A stretch of DNA of 64,000 nucleotides from Chiloscyllium plagiosum. Taxonomy: Eukaryota. This document shows, one piece after another, positions 1 to 11,474 of the stretch. The stretch's first letter is position 1; every line of letters starts with the position of its first letter. The notes under the pieces are model-generated. The model was not told where the DNA came from. It did no database searches and saw nothing but the letters and a program-made list of their open reading frames with translations. The DNA is taken from NCBI RefSeq assembly GCF_004010195.1, contig NC_057753.1, positions 14,359,937-14,423,936 on the forward strand, written 5' to 3'. The translations under genes and the position numbers were made by a program.

Positions 1-2560
1 GGAATATTCGTAGCCTCTGACCTGATTTTGCAGCCACTGGCTTCATGTGGCGAGTACAGTTGAGCTTCTGGTCAATGGGAATACTCAGGCTGTTTGTATT
101 GGGCGAGTAAGTGATCACAACACTATTAAATATATGGGGTAGTGGTTGGATTGTCTCTTACTGGTGATGGTCATAGCCTGTGGTCTGTGGCGCGAATGTT
201 ACTTGCTATATATCTAACAAAGATTGCATATGAGCCTGACCTTGGTGCGTTTGGACACGGACTGCTTCAGCATCTGAGGAGTCACAAGTGGTGCTAAAAT
301 GTCTGAATTCGTCCCCAGTTCTGACCTTATGATGGAGGGATGGTCATTGATGAAACAGCTGAGGATGGTTGGTCCGGGGACTCAACCCTGAGGAACTCCT
401 ACCAATATGCCCTTGAGACGAGATGACTAAGCTCCAACAACCACAACCATCCTCCTATGCATCAGATATGAATCTAATCACCAGAGAGTTTGCCCATTGA
501 TACCTGGGCAGCACGGTGGCTCAGTGGCTAGCATTGCTGCCTCAAAGCCCCAGGGGCACGAATTCGATTCTAGGCTCGGGCGAGCCTCTGTGTGGAGTTT
601 TTACATTCTCCCCGTGTCTATGTTGGCTAAATTGCCCATAGTGTTCAGGCATGTGCAGGTGAGGTGCACTGGCAAGGCCGAATGAGTTTGGGTGGGATAC
701 TCGTCGGAGTGACAATGTGGACTTATTGGACTGAAGGGTCTGTTTCCATACTGTAGGGATTCTATGGCCCAATGCCTCCAACTTTGATAGGCCCCTTGAT
801 GCCACACTCGGTCGAATGAAATCCTGACGTCAAGGGCTGTCACTCTCACTTCATCTCTGCAATTCAATTTTTTTTTCTCCATGTTTGACGCAAGGCTGTG
901 ATGAGAACAGGAGTTGAGTGTCGCTGGACGAACCAAATCTGGGCTTCAGTGAGCAAGTCATTGCTGAGCAGGTGCTGCTTGATAGGACTGGGGATGATAA
1001 CTTCCATCACTTTACTGAGGATCGAAAGTTGACTGATGAGGCGGTAATCGGCCAGTTCTTGATTTGTCTTTTTTTTTATGTACAGGGCATATTTTGGCAA
1101 TGTTCCACATTGTCGAATAAAGGCCAGTGTTGTAACTGTACTGGGGCAGCTTGCCTGGGGGAGTGACACCTTCTGGAGTACAAGTCTTCAGTCCTATTCT
1201 TAGCATATTCTAAGGGCCAATATCCATTGCAGCATCCAGTGACTCCAGCTGTTTCTTGATTTCACGTGGAGTGAATCGAATTGGCTGAAGACTAGCATCT
1301 GTAATGCTGGGAGCCACTGGAATACAAGATGTATCATTAACTTGGCAATTCTGGCTGAAGACTGATGCGAAGGCTTTAGCCTTACTTTTTGCACTGATGT
1401 GCTGAGTTCCTCCATCATTGAGGACGGGGATTTTGCAGAACCACCTCGTACAGTGTCTTATTTAATTGTCCAGCACCTTTCACGAATGGTTCTCACAGCA
1501 AGCCAGAGATTAGATCTGATGCATTGCTTGTAGGATCACTTAGCTCTGTCTGTCACTTTCTTCTTACGTTGCTTGGTACGCTGTGTGGTAGCTTCAGAGG
1601 TTTGGCACATCTGCTTCATGTATGCCTGTTGTCGCTCCTGACATGTCCTCCTACACTCTCCATTGAACCAGAATTGATCCCTTGGTTTGATGGGATTGCT
1701 TTAAGTGACGGATTTGCTGGCCCATCAGGTTACAGATTGCGCTGGAGGAAAGTTCTGCTATGGCCCATAGCGCCTCATGGATGCCCTTCCTTGAGTTGGT
1801 AGTTCTGTTCAAAGTCTGTTCAAATTAGCATTGGGATAGTGCTACACAAAACGATGGAGGCTATTCTCAATGTGAAGGCGGCACTTCATCTCGACAAAGA
1901 CTGTGAATTGGTTGCTCTTACCGATACTGTCATGGACAGATGCATTCGCAGTTGGAGACTGGCAAGGATAATGCATGATTTTCCTTCTTGTTTATTCTAT
2001 CACCGCCTGCTGCAGACTCATTCAAGCATCTATGACCTTTAGGACTCGACCAGCCTGTTCATTAGTGCTGCTGCCAAGTCACTTTGTGGACATTGAAATT
2101 TCCCACGGGTATATTTTGGGTCTTTACCATCCCCAGTGCTACCTCTCAGTGTTGCTCAATATAGTAGAGCACCAATTCATCCACCGAGGGAAGAAGATAC
2201 ATTATAATCACCAGGACTGAGATTAGCCTGAATCCTTGAGACTTCATGGGGACTGGAGTCAATGTCGAGGAATCTTAACAGAACCCCTTGCTGACTGTAC
2301 ACCACTTTGCCGCCACCGCTGCTGGGTCTGTCCAGCCGGTGAGACAGGACATATCCAAGGATGTGATGGTGGTTTCTGGATCATTATATATAAGCTATTT
2401 CCATATCAAGCTCGTCTGTGAGACAGCTCTCTAAATTTTGACAGTAGCCCCGAGACATTAGTGAGGAGGAATTTGCAGTGCCGACAGGACTGGTGGTGCT
2501 GTTGTCTTTTTCGGTGCCTACGTTGATGCCAGCTGATCCGTCCAGTTTCATTTCAATGTG
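1..2560 (-). mobile_element. Decayed CR1/L2-clade LINE (endonuclease-RT fragments), interrupted by a SINE
   Basis: Minus-strand ORF fragments with non-LTR RT motifs: ADYRLISQLSILSKVME (864-1169) and ALDVRISFDRVWHQG (601-936); many stops and frameshifts. Confidence 0.75.
507..765 (+). mobile_element. HE1-like tRNA-derived SINE
   Basis: Head GGGCAGCACGGTGGCTCAGTGGCTAGCATTGCTGCCTC with pol III A/B-box-like motifs, then TGTGTGGAGTTT core and LINE-like tail; other copies at 8372, 12588, 53470 and 54820. Confidence 0.85.
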
Positions 2561-3533
2561 ATTTGTGGCGAATGACAAAACTTGTCAGCTTGCTAGGCCA
2601 TTTCAGAGCGCAACTGAGAGTCAATTACATTGTTATGGGTCTGGAACCCAGACCAGGTGAGGATGGCATTTTTTCTTCCCTGAAGAATCTTAGTGAACCA
2701 GATAAGTTTGCCCAACAAACTACAATTGTTTCAGTGTCAGCAATTGATTCTTTATTCCAGATTTTAAAAAAAAATAAATTCAAATTCCACCGTTTGCCGT
2801 GGCTGGGATCGAATCTGCATCTCCAGAACTTTATCGGGGTCATTGGATTAGCAATTTAGCTCTAATGCCACTGGAAGTAACACTGATAAATTTGTTGTTT
2901 TTTGAATATGCACACAAAAACACAAACTATCACAGAAAAACGCGCATACAGAGACAAATAAGCACATAACACAATATACATATGCACAATCAGAAATGCA
3001 CAAACCATACACGCACGTGCGCACAATGGCACACACATGCATGCACGCACAAAGACCTGGTGCCACATTACGTTCACAGTAGATATACAGTTTGATGATC
3101 ATACGAATGATGGAATGGTCACCATTTACTCAATACATTCAAATCAACACGTTCAGAAGTACCCATTCTTAAGCCCCACCTTCAATAAACTGCGGGTTCT
3201 CTTAGAGCTCCTACCTCAAAGCTTTGTGTCAGCAGTGAGTTTGTGAAACTCGGAGAAGGTGAGACCTCTCCCAGCTCACTATCCAGAACATGTGGGAGAG
3301 CGAATTGTTGAGTGTGGGGATTTTAATGCGAGTGTTCAGTTATGATTCTGTTCTGTATCTGCATGAGTGACCAGAGTCTGCAGTTTATTGTCTCATCAGT
3401 TTCAGGAAGCTCTCGGGTGACAGGGTGACCTGTGGTTAACTTGGTTTCCTCTACATCTGAGCTCGAAACGACATCTTGGAACAGCCCATGATTCACACAA
3501 ACTGCAACTGGGTGTTCAACAATAGTTCACCGA

Positions 3534-3572
3534 AGTTTCTGTACAAGGATGAGACAGTTTCGCATCACTGTG
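3534..3572 (-). other. 23-RSS of V1
   Basis: Heptamer CACAGTG (3566-3572), 23-nt spacer (3543-3565), nonamer ACAGAAACT (3534-3542). Confidence 0.95.
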
Positions 3573-4016
3573 TAGTCCCATAAAGTGCAGTAATACACAT
3601 CAGTGTCAATCAGCTGTAGCCCGGTTATAGTCAAACTGGTGAATTTCTTTAAGGTCTGAAGTTCTGCTGAGAAGCGATGCTGTGCAAAATCCGCAGAATG
3701 CTGATAACCGTCATTATCATTCCTCAGTATGTACTCGAGTTGATTATCTGGGTGCTGTCGGTACCACAATAATGAATAGCTGCTCAATGTCGTATCATAG
3801 GTACAGGTTAGAGTCACTGCCTCTCCTTCTACCAAAACATATGAGGATAAAGATTGAGTGACAGAATCTTCATGACTGAGACCTGAAAGATAAAACAGGT
3901 ATAAATTATAAAATGCCTGTCTGTCATCAATTGGACAAAGGAATTGGAAGTGGCGCTGCTTCACATTTACCTGCTAGAATTGCGCCCCACACAAACAAAA
4001 CACTGAGTAGATGCAT
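3573..4016 (-). CDS. TRAV/DV: TCR alpha/delta V segment V1 (family A), open frame; leader 3971-4016, intron 3883-3970, V exon 3573-3882
   Basis: Spliced product MHLLSVLFVWGAILAG-LSHEDSVTQSLSSYVLVEGEAVTLTC...WYRQHP...DTDVYYCTLWDY; GT-AG phase-1 intron, both canonical Cys, conserved Trp, adjacent 23-RSS. Confidence 0.92.
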
Positions 4017-4374
4017 TTTCGTTATCTTCTGTAAAGCAGAGTTGCTGGGTATTTGAGTACATCCATTCTGAAACCCCGCCCTCAGTGCTGTCGGGTCACT
4101 GGATGTTTCCAAATCATTAAATGAATGAATGTTTTGTTGTCACATATATCTAGACTAACATAATGAAAAGTGTCTGTGACAGTCGTGATTCTTGGAGGGC
4201 CGGTGCAGGAGTGCAGACACCATGCATGTTGGCAGACCACAAGCCCTGTTATACACACTCTCCTGAAAACAGAGCACTGATAATTCTGATAGATTGGCTT
4301 CCAATCCTGACAAGCAATATCTGATATTACTAGCACCCTTACTCTCAAGAATATCTTGCTTTTCTGCCAGGCCT

Positions 4375-4565
4375 AACTGGTGTCTCAAGGCTAATAATAC
4401 AGTCTTATATGTGTAAGAGATGTGTTTGGTTTTTGGGATAGATTCAAACTCAAATGTGTTTGTTTAGTTCATGTAGCACTGTACCGAATCGAAGTGCATG
4501 TCTGGAATTGTATGCATTCAAAGAGATATTTTTTTCTGAATAAAGTACATTTTTGAAAGAAAAGG
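4375..4565 (+). mobile_element. 3' end fragment of a Tx1/L1-like element
   Basis: Ends TGAATAAAGTACATTTTTGAAAGAAAA, matching the tail of the 23.8-25.6 kb element (TGAATAAAGTAGATTTTTGA...AAAAAAA). Confidence 0.5.
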
Positions 4566-4999
4566 AAAGCCCTGCTGAATTTTTTGCCCCACGTCCCCCA
4601 CTGACGCCAGTTCTTCTTACGAAACGTCCCCTAGTTTTTTAAGTGCGATACTGTGGTGATTTCCAAAAGGTACATAATCATTGTAGCACCACAAACAACC
4701 ACCTCTCAGACTAAAACCCATCACACCAACCCTGTGCGGCACTAAACAGACACTCTACCATCTCCAGCTGTATCTCTGATAAAGAAGGTCGCAGTTGTTT
4801 TTCGGAGATAGTTGTCTGGAGGAATGATAACGTCTCACAATCTATTCCCCTATTCTCCTCTGCGTTGAACTCAATATAATGTTATTCTCTGCTGGCAAGT
4901 CTCCACTGCTGCAGAAGAGTTTGTCAAACGCATCGGGAATTCAATTCGAAGCAACATTCAAATCGAGAGTCACAACAACTCACACAAAGAGATATGTGT

Positions 5000-6470
5000 T
5001 CATCCCTTGCTACTCTAGGGAAGTCATGCTTGAAGAATCTTCTGGAATTGTTTGATGATGTGACCCGCTGAGTGAACAAGGATGAATCAGTAAATATTGT
5101 CTATCCAGAGATTCAAAGGGGTTTTGACAATCTTCCACACAAGAGAATACTAATGAAGATTAAAGCTCGTGGTTTCAAAGATAATGTATTGGCATGTGGA
5201 AAGAAGTGGTTGGAATAAACGGGCCCTTTTCAGTCGGCAGGCAGTGACCAGCGGGGTGCTGCAGGTTTCAGTGCTGGAACCTCTGCTGTTCACGAAATAC
5301 ATAAATGATTTTGACTAAGGAATTGAATGGGGTGAAAGTGACGACTGCAGATGCTGAAGATCAGAGTCAAAAAGTGTGGTGCTGGAAAAGCACAGCTTGT
5401 CAGGCAGCACCTGAGAAGCAGGAGATTCGACGTTTTGAGCATCATGTTCCTGATGCAGAGTTTATGCTAGAAATGTCGATTCTGCTGCTCCTCATGTGCT
5501 GCCTTGATCGGCTGTGCTTTTCCAGCACCACACTTCTTGAAGCAAATCACCAGATTTGCAAATGACATTAGACTGGGTGGCAGTGCGGGTTGGGATGAGG
5601 ATGCCAAGAGATTGCAGGGTGACTTAGATAGGCTGACTGAGTGATAAAAAAAACATATGGCAAATGTAATTTAATGTGGATAAATGTGAGTTATCCACTT
5701 TGGTCATAATACCAAGGAAGGCAGCATATTATCTGAATAATGGCAGTTTAAGAAAAGGTGTGGTGCGAACAGACTTGGGTGCCATGATGGAACAGTCGTT
5801 GAAGGTTGGTGTGCAGATGCAGTCAGCAGTGAGGAAAGCTAATGCCATTCCCTCCTTCACAGTGATAGGATTTGTGTAGTGGAGTATTTATGACTTGCAG
5901 CAGTTATATAGGGTCTTCATGAGGCCACACCTTGAGTATTGTGTGCAGTTATGTGCTTCTCGTCTGAGGAAGGGCATTCTTGCTATTATTGGAGCACAAC
6001 AAATGTTCACAAGACTGACTCCTGGAATGGAAGATCTGACATATGAGGGAAGATAACATTGAATGGGCTTGTATTCGCTGGAATTTGGGAAAATGAGGGG
6101 GGATCTCATTGAACCATATACCGTCCTGATGAGACTGGGCGGATTAGATGTGGCAAAAACAATGTTCCTGATGTTGGGAAGCTTATAACTAGGGTGTTGC
6201 AGTCTAAACATAAGGGATAAGCCATTCAGGGCAGCGATAAGAGAGGATTTCTTCACTCAGAGTTGTGAATCATTGAAATTCTCTCCTACAGGAAACCGGT
6301 TCATTTTATATATATTCAAGATGGAGCTAGACGTGGCCCTTGTGGCAAAATGGATGAAGGGCACGTGGAAAGGACGGGAATAGGATACTGAATTTGCATT
6401 ATCAGCCATGATCGTATTAAAGGTGGTGCAAGCTCGAAGGGCCGAACGGCCTACGCCTGCACCTAATTAC
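5000..6470 (+). mobile_element. CR1 LINE 3' portion (RT C-terminus and 3' UTR), with a palindromic repeat inserted at ~5335-5540
   Basis: Decayed RT motifs (LYRVFMRPHLEYCVQL); insert has inverted arms AAGTGTGGTGCTGGAAAAGCACAGC ... GCTGTGCTTTTCCAGCACCACACTT. Confidence 0.75.
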
Positions 6471-7859
6471 AATGTTTCTGCTTCTGCACGCAAAGCATGT
6501 TTGAGCAAACATATTTCCCGCAGTCTGGAATAACAAAACATATGTTTGTAATACCTTAATGAGGTTCAAATGTGAATAGTTCCATACGTTAGAGTTCAGG
6601 AGTGAAAATGAGTGTCTAATCAGTAAATTGACAGAGCAAATCAATACATTAAGCAACTTTTCCAGTATTTGGAAGACAACTGAAGTACAACTGGTCAGTG
6701 AAGAGAATCTAACTTTGAGTCTGCTTTTGCAACCAGCCTCTTTTATTTCTGAGATTTGCCCATTATGTGCAAACCATCCCTGATCCAGAAATTCACGATG
6801 AACAAACAGCCTCGCTACTAACTGTGGACTTTTATTCTGGGACACCAACATAGGACATATGGAAGGGTTTGGTCAGAATGACAAGTCGGTAAAGAAAGAG
6901 AAACCACGGACAAAAGAAACATCTAAATATCACCAGTGAATTGGTGAATGTCTTCTGAACATGCGAACAGACAGTATCAAAAAATGCACACTGCTGCTGT
7001 GGGTTAGTTAATGCTGCTGTCAATTTGAAAGATGCTGCTATGACTCTCTCTCTGTCTGAGTCCCTGAATCGTTTGTTATTCTTCGTGTGCACTAACGTAC
7101 ACCCGCCAACAGAGGGTGCAATTGCATCGTGTTGAACTGAAGGGAGAGAGGCTGTGGAGGTGCCGGTGTCGGACTGGGGTGGATTAAGTTAAAAATTGCA
7201 CAATATCTGTTCATAGTCCAATAGGTTTACTTGGAAGTGCAAGTTTTCGGAGAGCCGCTCCTTCTTCAGGTAGCTAGTGCGGGAGGATCATAGGACACAT
7301 ATCATCCTGCCCCACTAGTTACCTAATGAAGGAGCAACTCTCCAAAAGCTTGGACTTCCAAAGAAATCTGTTGAACTCTAAAGGGGTGTTTTGTGATTTT
7401 TAACTCTGAACACAGAGAGGTAGAGAAAGAAAATGCAAGATTATTTTGCTTTTATAAACTCATTCTTTATCATCCAGTCAGCTTATCTCAGAAAGTGATG
7501 GCCAGTTGCTGTTGAGCTGACAATAGAAGCGTGAAACGCCTCTGCAGATGAACGTTTCTCATCTTTGTAACGTACGTCACAAAAGACAATGACAAAAACT
7601 GAAAAATACACAACAGAACACATTAAAATACACGCGAAAAGATATTAAACCAAATATGCACGACCAGACGTGCATACATGCGCACGGACACATATACATG
7701 ACACTAACACCAGAATGTGCAGATGGAAACGTTCGGAGGTCCATGTCGTGCCTTTGGTCAGTGTTGAGTGGAGGTATAAAAACAGCTCTGGCCTGTTGTG
7801 CCCCATAAAGAGGAGAGCAGTTTTTTTTAATCACCGTGTTGCACTGCTGTCAATAAGGA

Positions 7860-9256
7860 ATGAAGGCGCAGATAAGATGAACGTTGATTATTCTAAAGTT
7901 GAATAAAATTATCCCAGGTGAGTTACACTAAATTGTCACCCTTGACTATCATGCGATCTTTTTGCAATTCCACTTTGTGTTATTACTTGATTTTGAAAAT
8001 AGACCATTTATTATTGAGTGTTGGTAAATAAGCATAAAAAGCAACTCCTTCCAAACCAATGACCACTATCATGTAGAAGGACAAGGGCAGCCGATAAGCA
8101 AGAGCACCACCAACTTAAGTTCATCTCGAAGTCAGTCCCCATCCGAACATGCAAATATATCACAGCTCCTTCAGCGTCACTGGGTCCAGCTTTGTCCACC
8201 CCTTTCTAAATGTTCCTTGTGTCTACCTCCACACGAAGCACTGCAGGCATTTCGAAAGGGAGCTCACGACGACCCTCTCCAGGGATATTAAGGATAGGCA
8301 CAAAATATTGTGTCCGCAAGTGGCGCCAAATCTCCTCGAGGAACAAATCACGGAATACCTAATAGCATCATGGCTGGCACGGTGGCTCAGTGGTTAGCAC
8401 TGCTGCCTCACAGCGCCAGGGACCCGCATTAATCTCCAGCCTTGGGCGATTGTCTATGTGGAGTTTGCACGTTCTCACTGTGCCTTGCGTGGGTTTCCTC
8501 CAGTCAGGTGAACTGGCCATGCTAAGTTGTCCATAGCATTCAGGGATGTGTAGGTTAGATGCATTAGACAGGACCAAATGTTAAGTAATAGGTTAGGGGA
8601 ATAGGCTTGCGTGGCATAATTTTCCGATGGTCAGTGTAGACTTGTTGCAAACAAGGGCCTATTTCAACACTGCAGGGATTCTATTCTATAATTGATCAAT
8701 CAAAATCAGATATTTCTTCAAAGTAAATGTTTTGAACCTGACATATGGTGGGTTAATGTGAACGGTGCAGACGTCATTTTTGCTCTGCAAGATACTGAGA
8801 CGTTTTTTAATCATTTGAAAAGAAATAGTGCGTCTATGTGAAGAGGTACAAAATGTGCCCAATGGAATGAATAGCCAGTTTCCCCACTGGGACATACAGT
8901 GTCTTTCCAGGGTACTGGAAGCATGTACCCTTATCTCCTCTCATCATCTGTCCCATGGAGTTTGTTTCCACCTTACAGACCACCCGGTCAAAGAGTGGAT
9001 AACACCGTCTCCTCCTGCATTAGAGGCTGTGAAACTTTCATAAGTGACAATGAATTGAAGCAGCAGCACTCTACTTAACTTTTTCAAGTGGCACTGGTGG
9101 CGTGGTCGACGGGAGCCACAGTTTCCGATCGCTGTCGAGGGCAGCGTGGTGAAAGCAATGTCAGGTCACCCTTCACCGGAAGCTGAACTGCTGCACTTTG
9201 ACCAATTGTGCCATCGAGACAGAGAATTCTGCCCTCTCCCTCTGGATTCTGATCTT
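7860..9256 (+). pseudogene. Family-B V pseudogene B1 (leader 7860-7917, V exon 8979-9256)
   Basis: Leader MKAQIR*TLIILKLNKIIP-G|GTGAGT; acceptor TTACAG; exon reads DHPVKEWITPSPPALEAVKLS*VTMN*SSSTLLNFFKWHWWRGRREPQF...CTLT..IETENSALSLW; RSS-like CACTGTC-23nt-ATAGAAACT at 9257-9295. Confidence 0.75.
8372..8685 (+). mobile_element. HE1-like SINE within the B1 intron
   Basis: GGCACGGTGGCTCAGTGGTTAGCACTGCTGCCTCACAGCGCCAGGGACCC head; GGGATTCTATTCTAT tail. Confidence 0.85.
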
Positions 9257-9502
9257 CACTGTCATACAATCCAGTGAGCAGCCATTATAGAAACTCTAGG
9301 GAGACAGGAGATATACTCACAGTCTCAGCTACTCAAGCACGACAACCTTACAAAGGAGGAGCAACAATTGAGAGAAAATTCATTATGTGGAGGGGTCATG
9401 CTCGATTAGGAAGTAATCCATGAATCTTGATGGGTGAACATCTAGCATGTACACACTTTCTAAACAATCGGTTCAGCGACGCGATCGATACCTCTGGATC
9501 AG

Positions 9503-11325
9503 TTAGAACATACAACATAGAAGAGTACAGGCCCTTCGGCCGTCGATGTTGTGCAAACTAGTGAAACTAATCTGAAGCCCATCTAACTTACACTATTCAT
9601 TTTCATCCATATGTCTCCGAATGACGATTTAAATGCCCTTAATTTTGGCGAGAATACTACTGTTGCAGGCAATGCGTTCCACACCGCTACTACTCTCTGA
9701 TTAGGGAAACTACTTTTTATATCTATCCTATATCTATCACCCCTCAATATAAAACTCTGTCCCTTTGTGCTCGCCAGCACAATCCAAGGAAAACGGCTCT
9801 CACTGTTCATCCTATCTTACTCTCTGATTTTCGTTTATATGGAATTAAGTCAGCGCTCAACCTTCTTCTCTCTAATAAAGACAGCCTCAATTCCCTCAGC
9901 ATTTTAACATAAGACTTTCCCACCATACGAGGCAACATCCTGGTAAATGTCCTCTGAACCCTTTCAAAAGCTTTCACATCCTTTTTATAATGTGGTGACC
10001 AGAACTGTACGCAATACTACAGATCCAGCTGCACAGAGTTTTGTACGGTGGCAGCATGACCTCATAGATCAGAAACTCAGCTCCTCTACTAATGAAAGCT
10101 AACAAACCATGTGCTTTCTGAACAACCCAATCAAACTGGGTGGCAACCTTCAGGGATCTGTGCACATGGCATGGAGATCTCTGTGTTCATCCACACTACC
10201 AAAAATCTTACCATTAGCCCAGTAATCTTTACTCCTGTTACTCCTTCACACTTTTCTGCATTAAATTCGAATTTCCACATCTCAGCTCAGCTCAGCGGCA
10301 TATCAATGTCCCTCTGCAACCTGCAACATCCTGCTGCACTATCCACTACACCACCAACTTTGGCGTTATTCACAAATTTGCTAACCCATCCCTCAATGCC
10401 CTCATCCAGGTCATTTATAAAAATGACAACAGCGGTGGCCATAAACAGATCCTTGTTGTATACGACTAGTAACTGAACTCCAGGACGAACATTTCCCATC
10501 AGCCACCACCCTCTGTCTTCTTTCAGCTAGCCAATTTCTGATCCAAATCGCTAAAGCGCCATCAATCACATGCCTCCATATTTTGTGCAAGAGCCTATTG
10601 TGGGGAACCTTATGAAACGCCTTACTGAAATCCACGTACACTCCATCACCCGTTTCACCCTCAAACACCGGTTTGTTCACCTTCCCAATGAACTCAATAA
10701 GGTTTGTGAAGCACGACCTACCTTTCACAAAACAGTGTTGACTATTCCTAATCAACTTATTTCTTTCTAGATGATTATAAATCCCACCTCTTATAACATA
10801 TTCCAACACTTTACCCACAACCGAAGTAAGCCTCACTGGTCTATAATTGCCAGTGTTGTCTCTACTCCACTTCTTGAACAAGGGAACAACATCTTCTACC
10901 CTCCAGACTCCTGGCACTATTCCTGCAGACAGTGCATGCATAAAGATGAAAGCCAAAGGCCCTGCAATCTTCTCCCTGGCTTCCCAGAGAATCCCAGGAT
11001 AAATCCAATCCAGACCAGGAAACTTACCTATTTTCGCACTTTCCAGACTTGCTACCATCTCCAATGTGAACTTCAATCCCATCTATTTTTGTAGCCTGTG
11101 TCTCGGCATTCTCCTTGACAATTTTGCCTACGTTCAGTGTGAATGCTGATGAAAAATATCCATTCAGCACATTCCCTATCTCCTTTGACTGCACAATCCA
11201 CTTCCCTACTTACTCTAGTCATTCTTTTATTCGATATACCATAGAAAGCCTTAGTATTTTCCTTGATCCTATCTCCCAACGACTTTTCCTTTCCCCTCCT
11301 GGCTCTTCTTCCCTCTCTGTTTTAG
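9503..11325 (-). mobile_element. CR1 LINE fragment (RT and 3' end)
   Basis: ORF 10411-11082 contains GNYRPVRLTSVVGK...VYVDFSKAFHKVPH; (TAGAACA)-type tail near 9503. Confidence 0.9.
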
Positions 11326-11413
11326 GTGAGGTAAGAAATCAGATCTATGTGACCGAGAAGTAGAAACTACCACAGCCCAACAATAGTTTCTAAGAAACAC
11401 AAGTGTAACTCAC

Positions 11414-11474
11414 CTGAATTGACTTAATTCCAGATAATCAGCATAATCAATGTTAATCGTTGCTCTGTCTGCAC
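11414..11474 (-). pseudogene. Orphan inverted family-B leader exon
   Basis: Reads VQTEQRLTLIMLIIWN*VNS-G|GTGAGTTACACT; homologous to the leaders at 7860 and 21754. Confidence 0.65.

Noticed and set aside
3527-3964. ORF-track proteins extending through intron and RSS (also 15666-16232 and 61384-61935)
   Set aside because: The true structure is spliced leader plus V exon ending at the heptamer; the extensions are incidental read-through.
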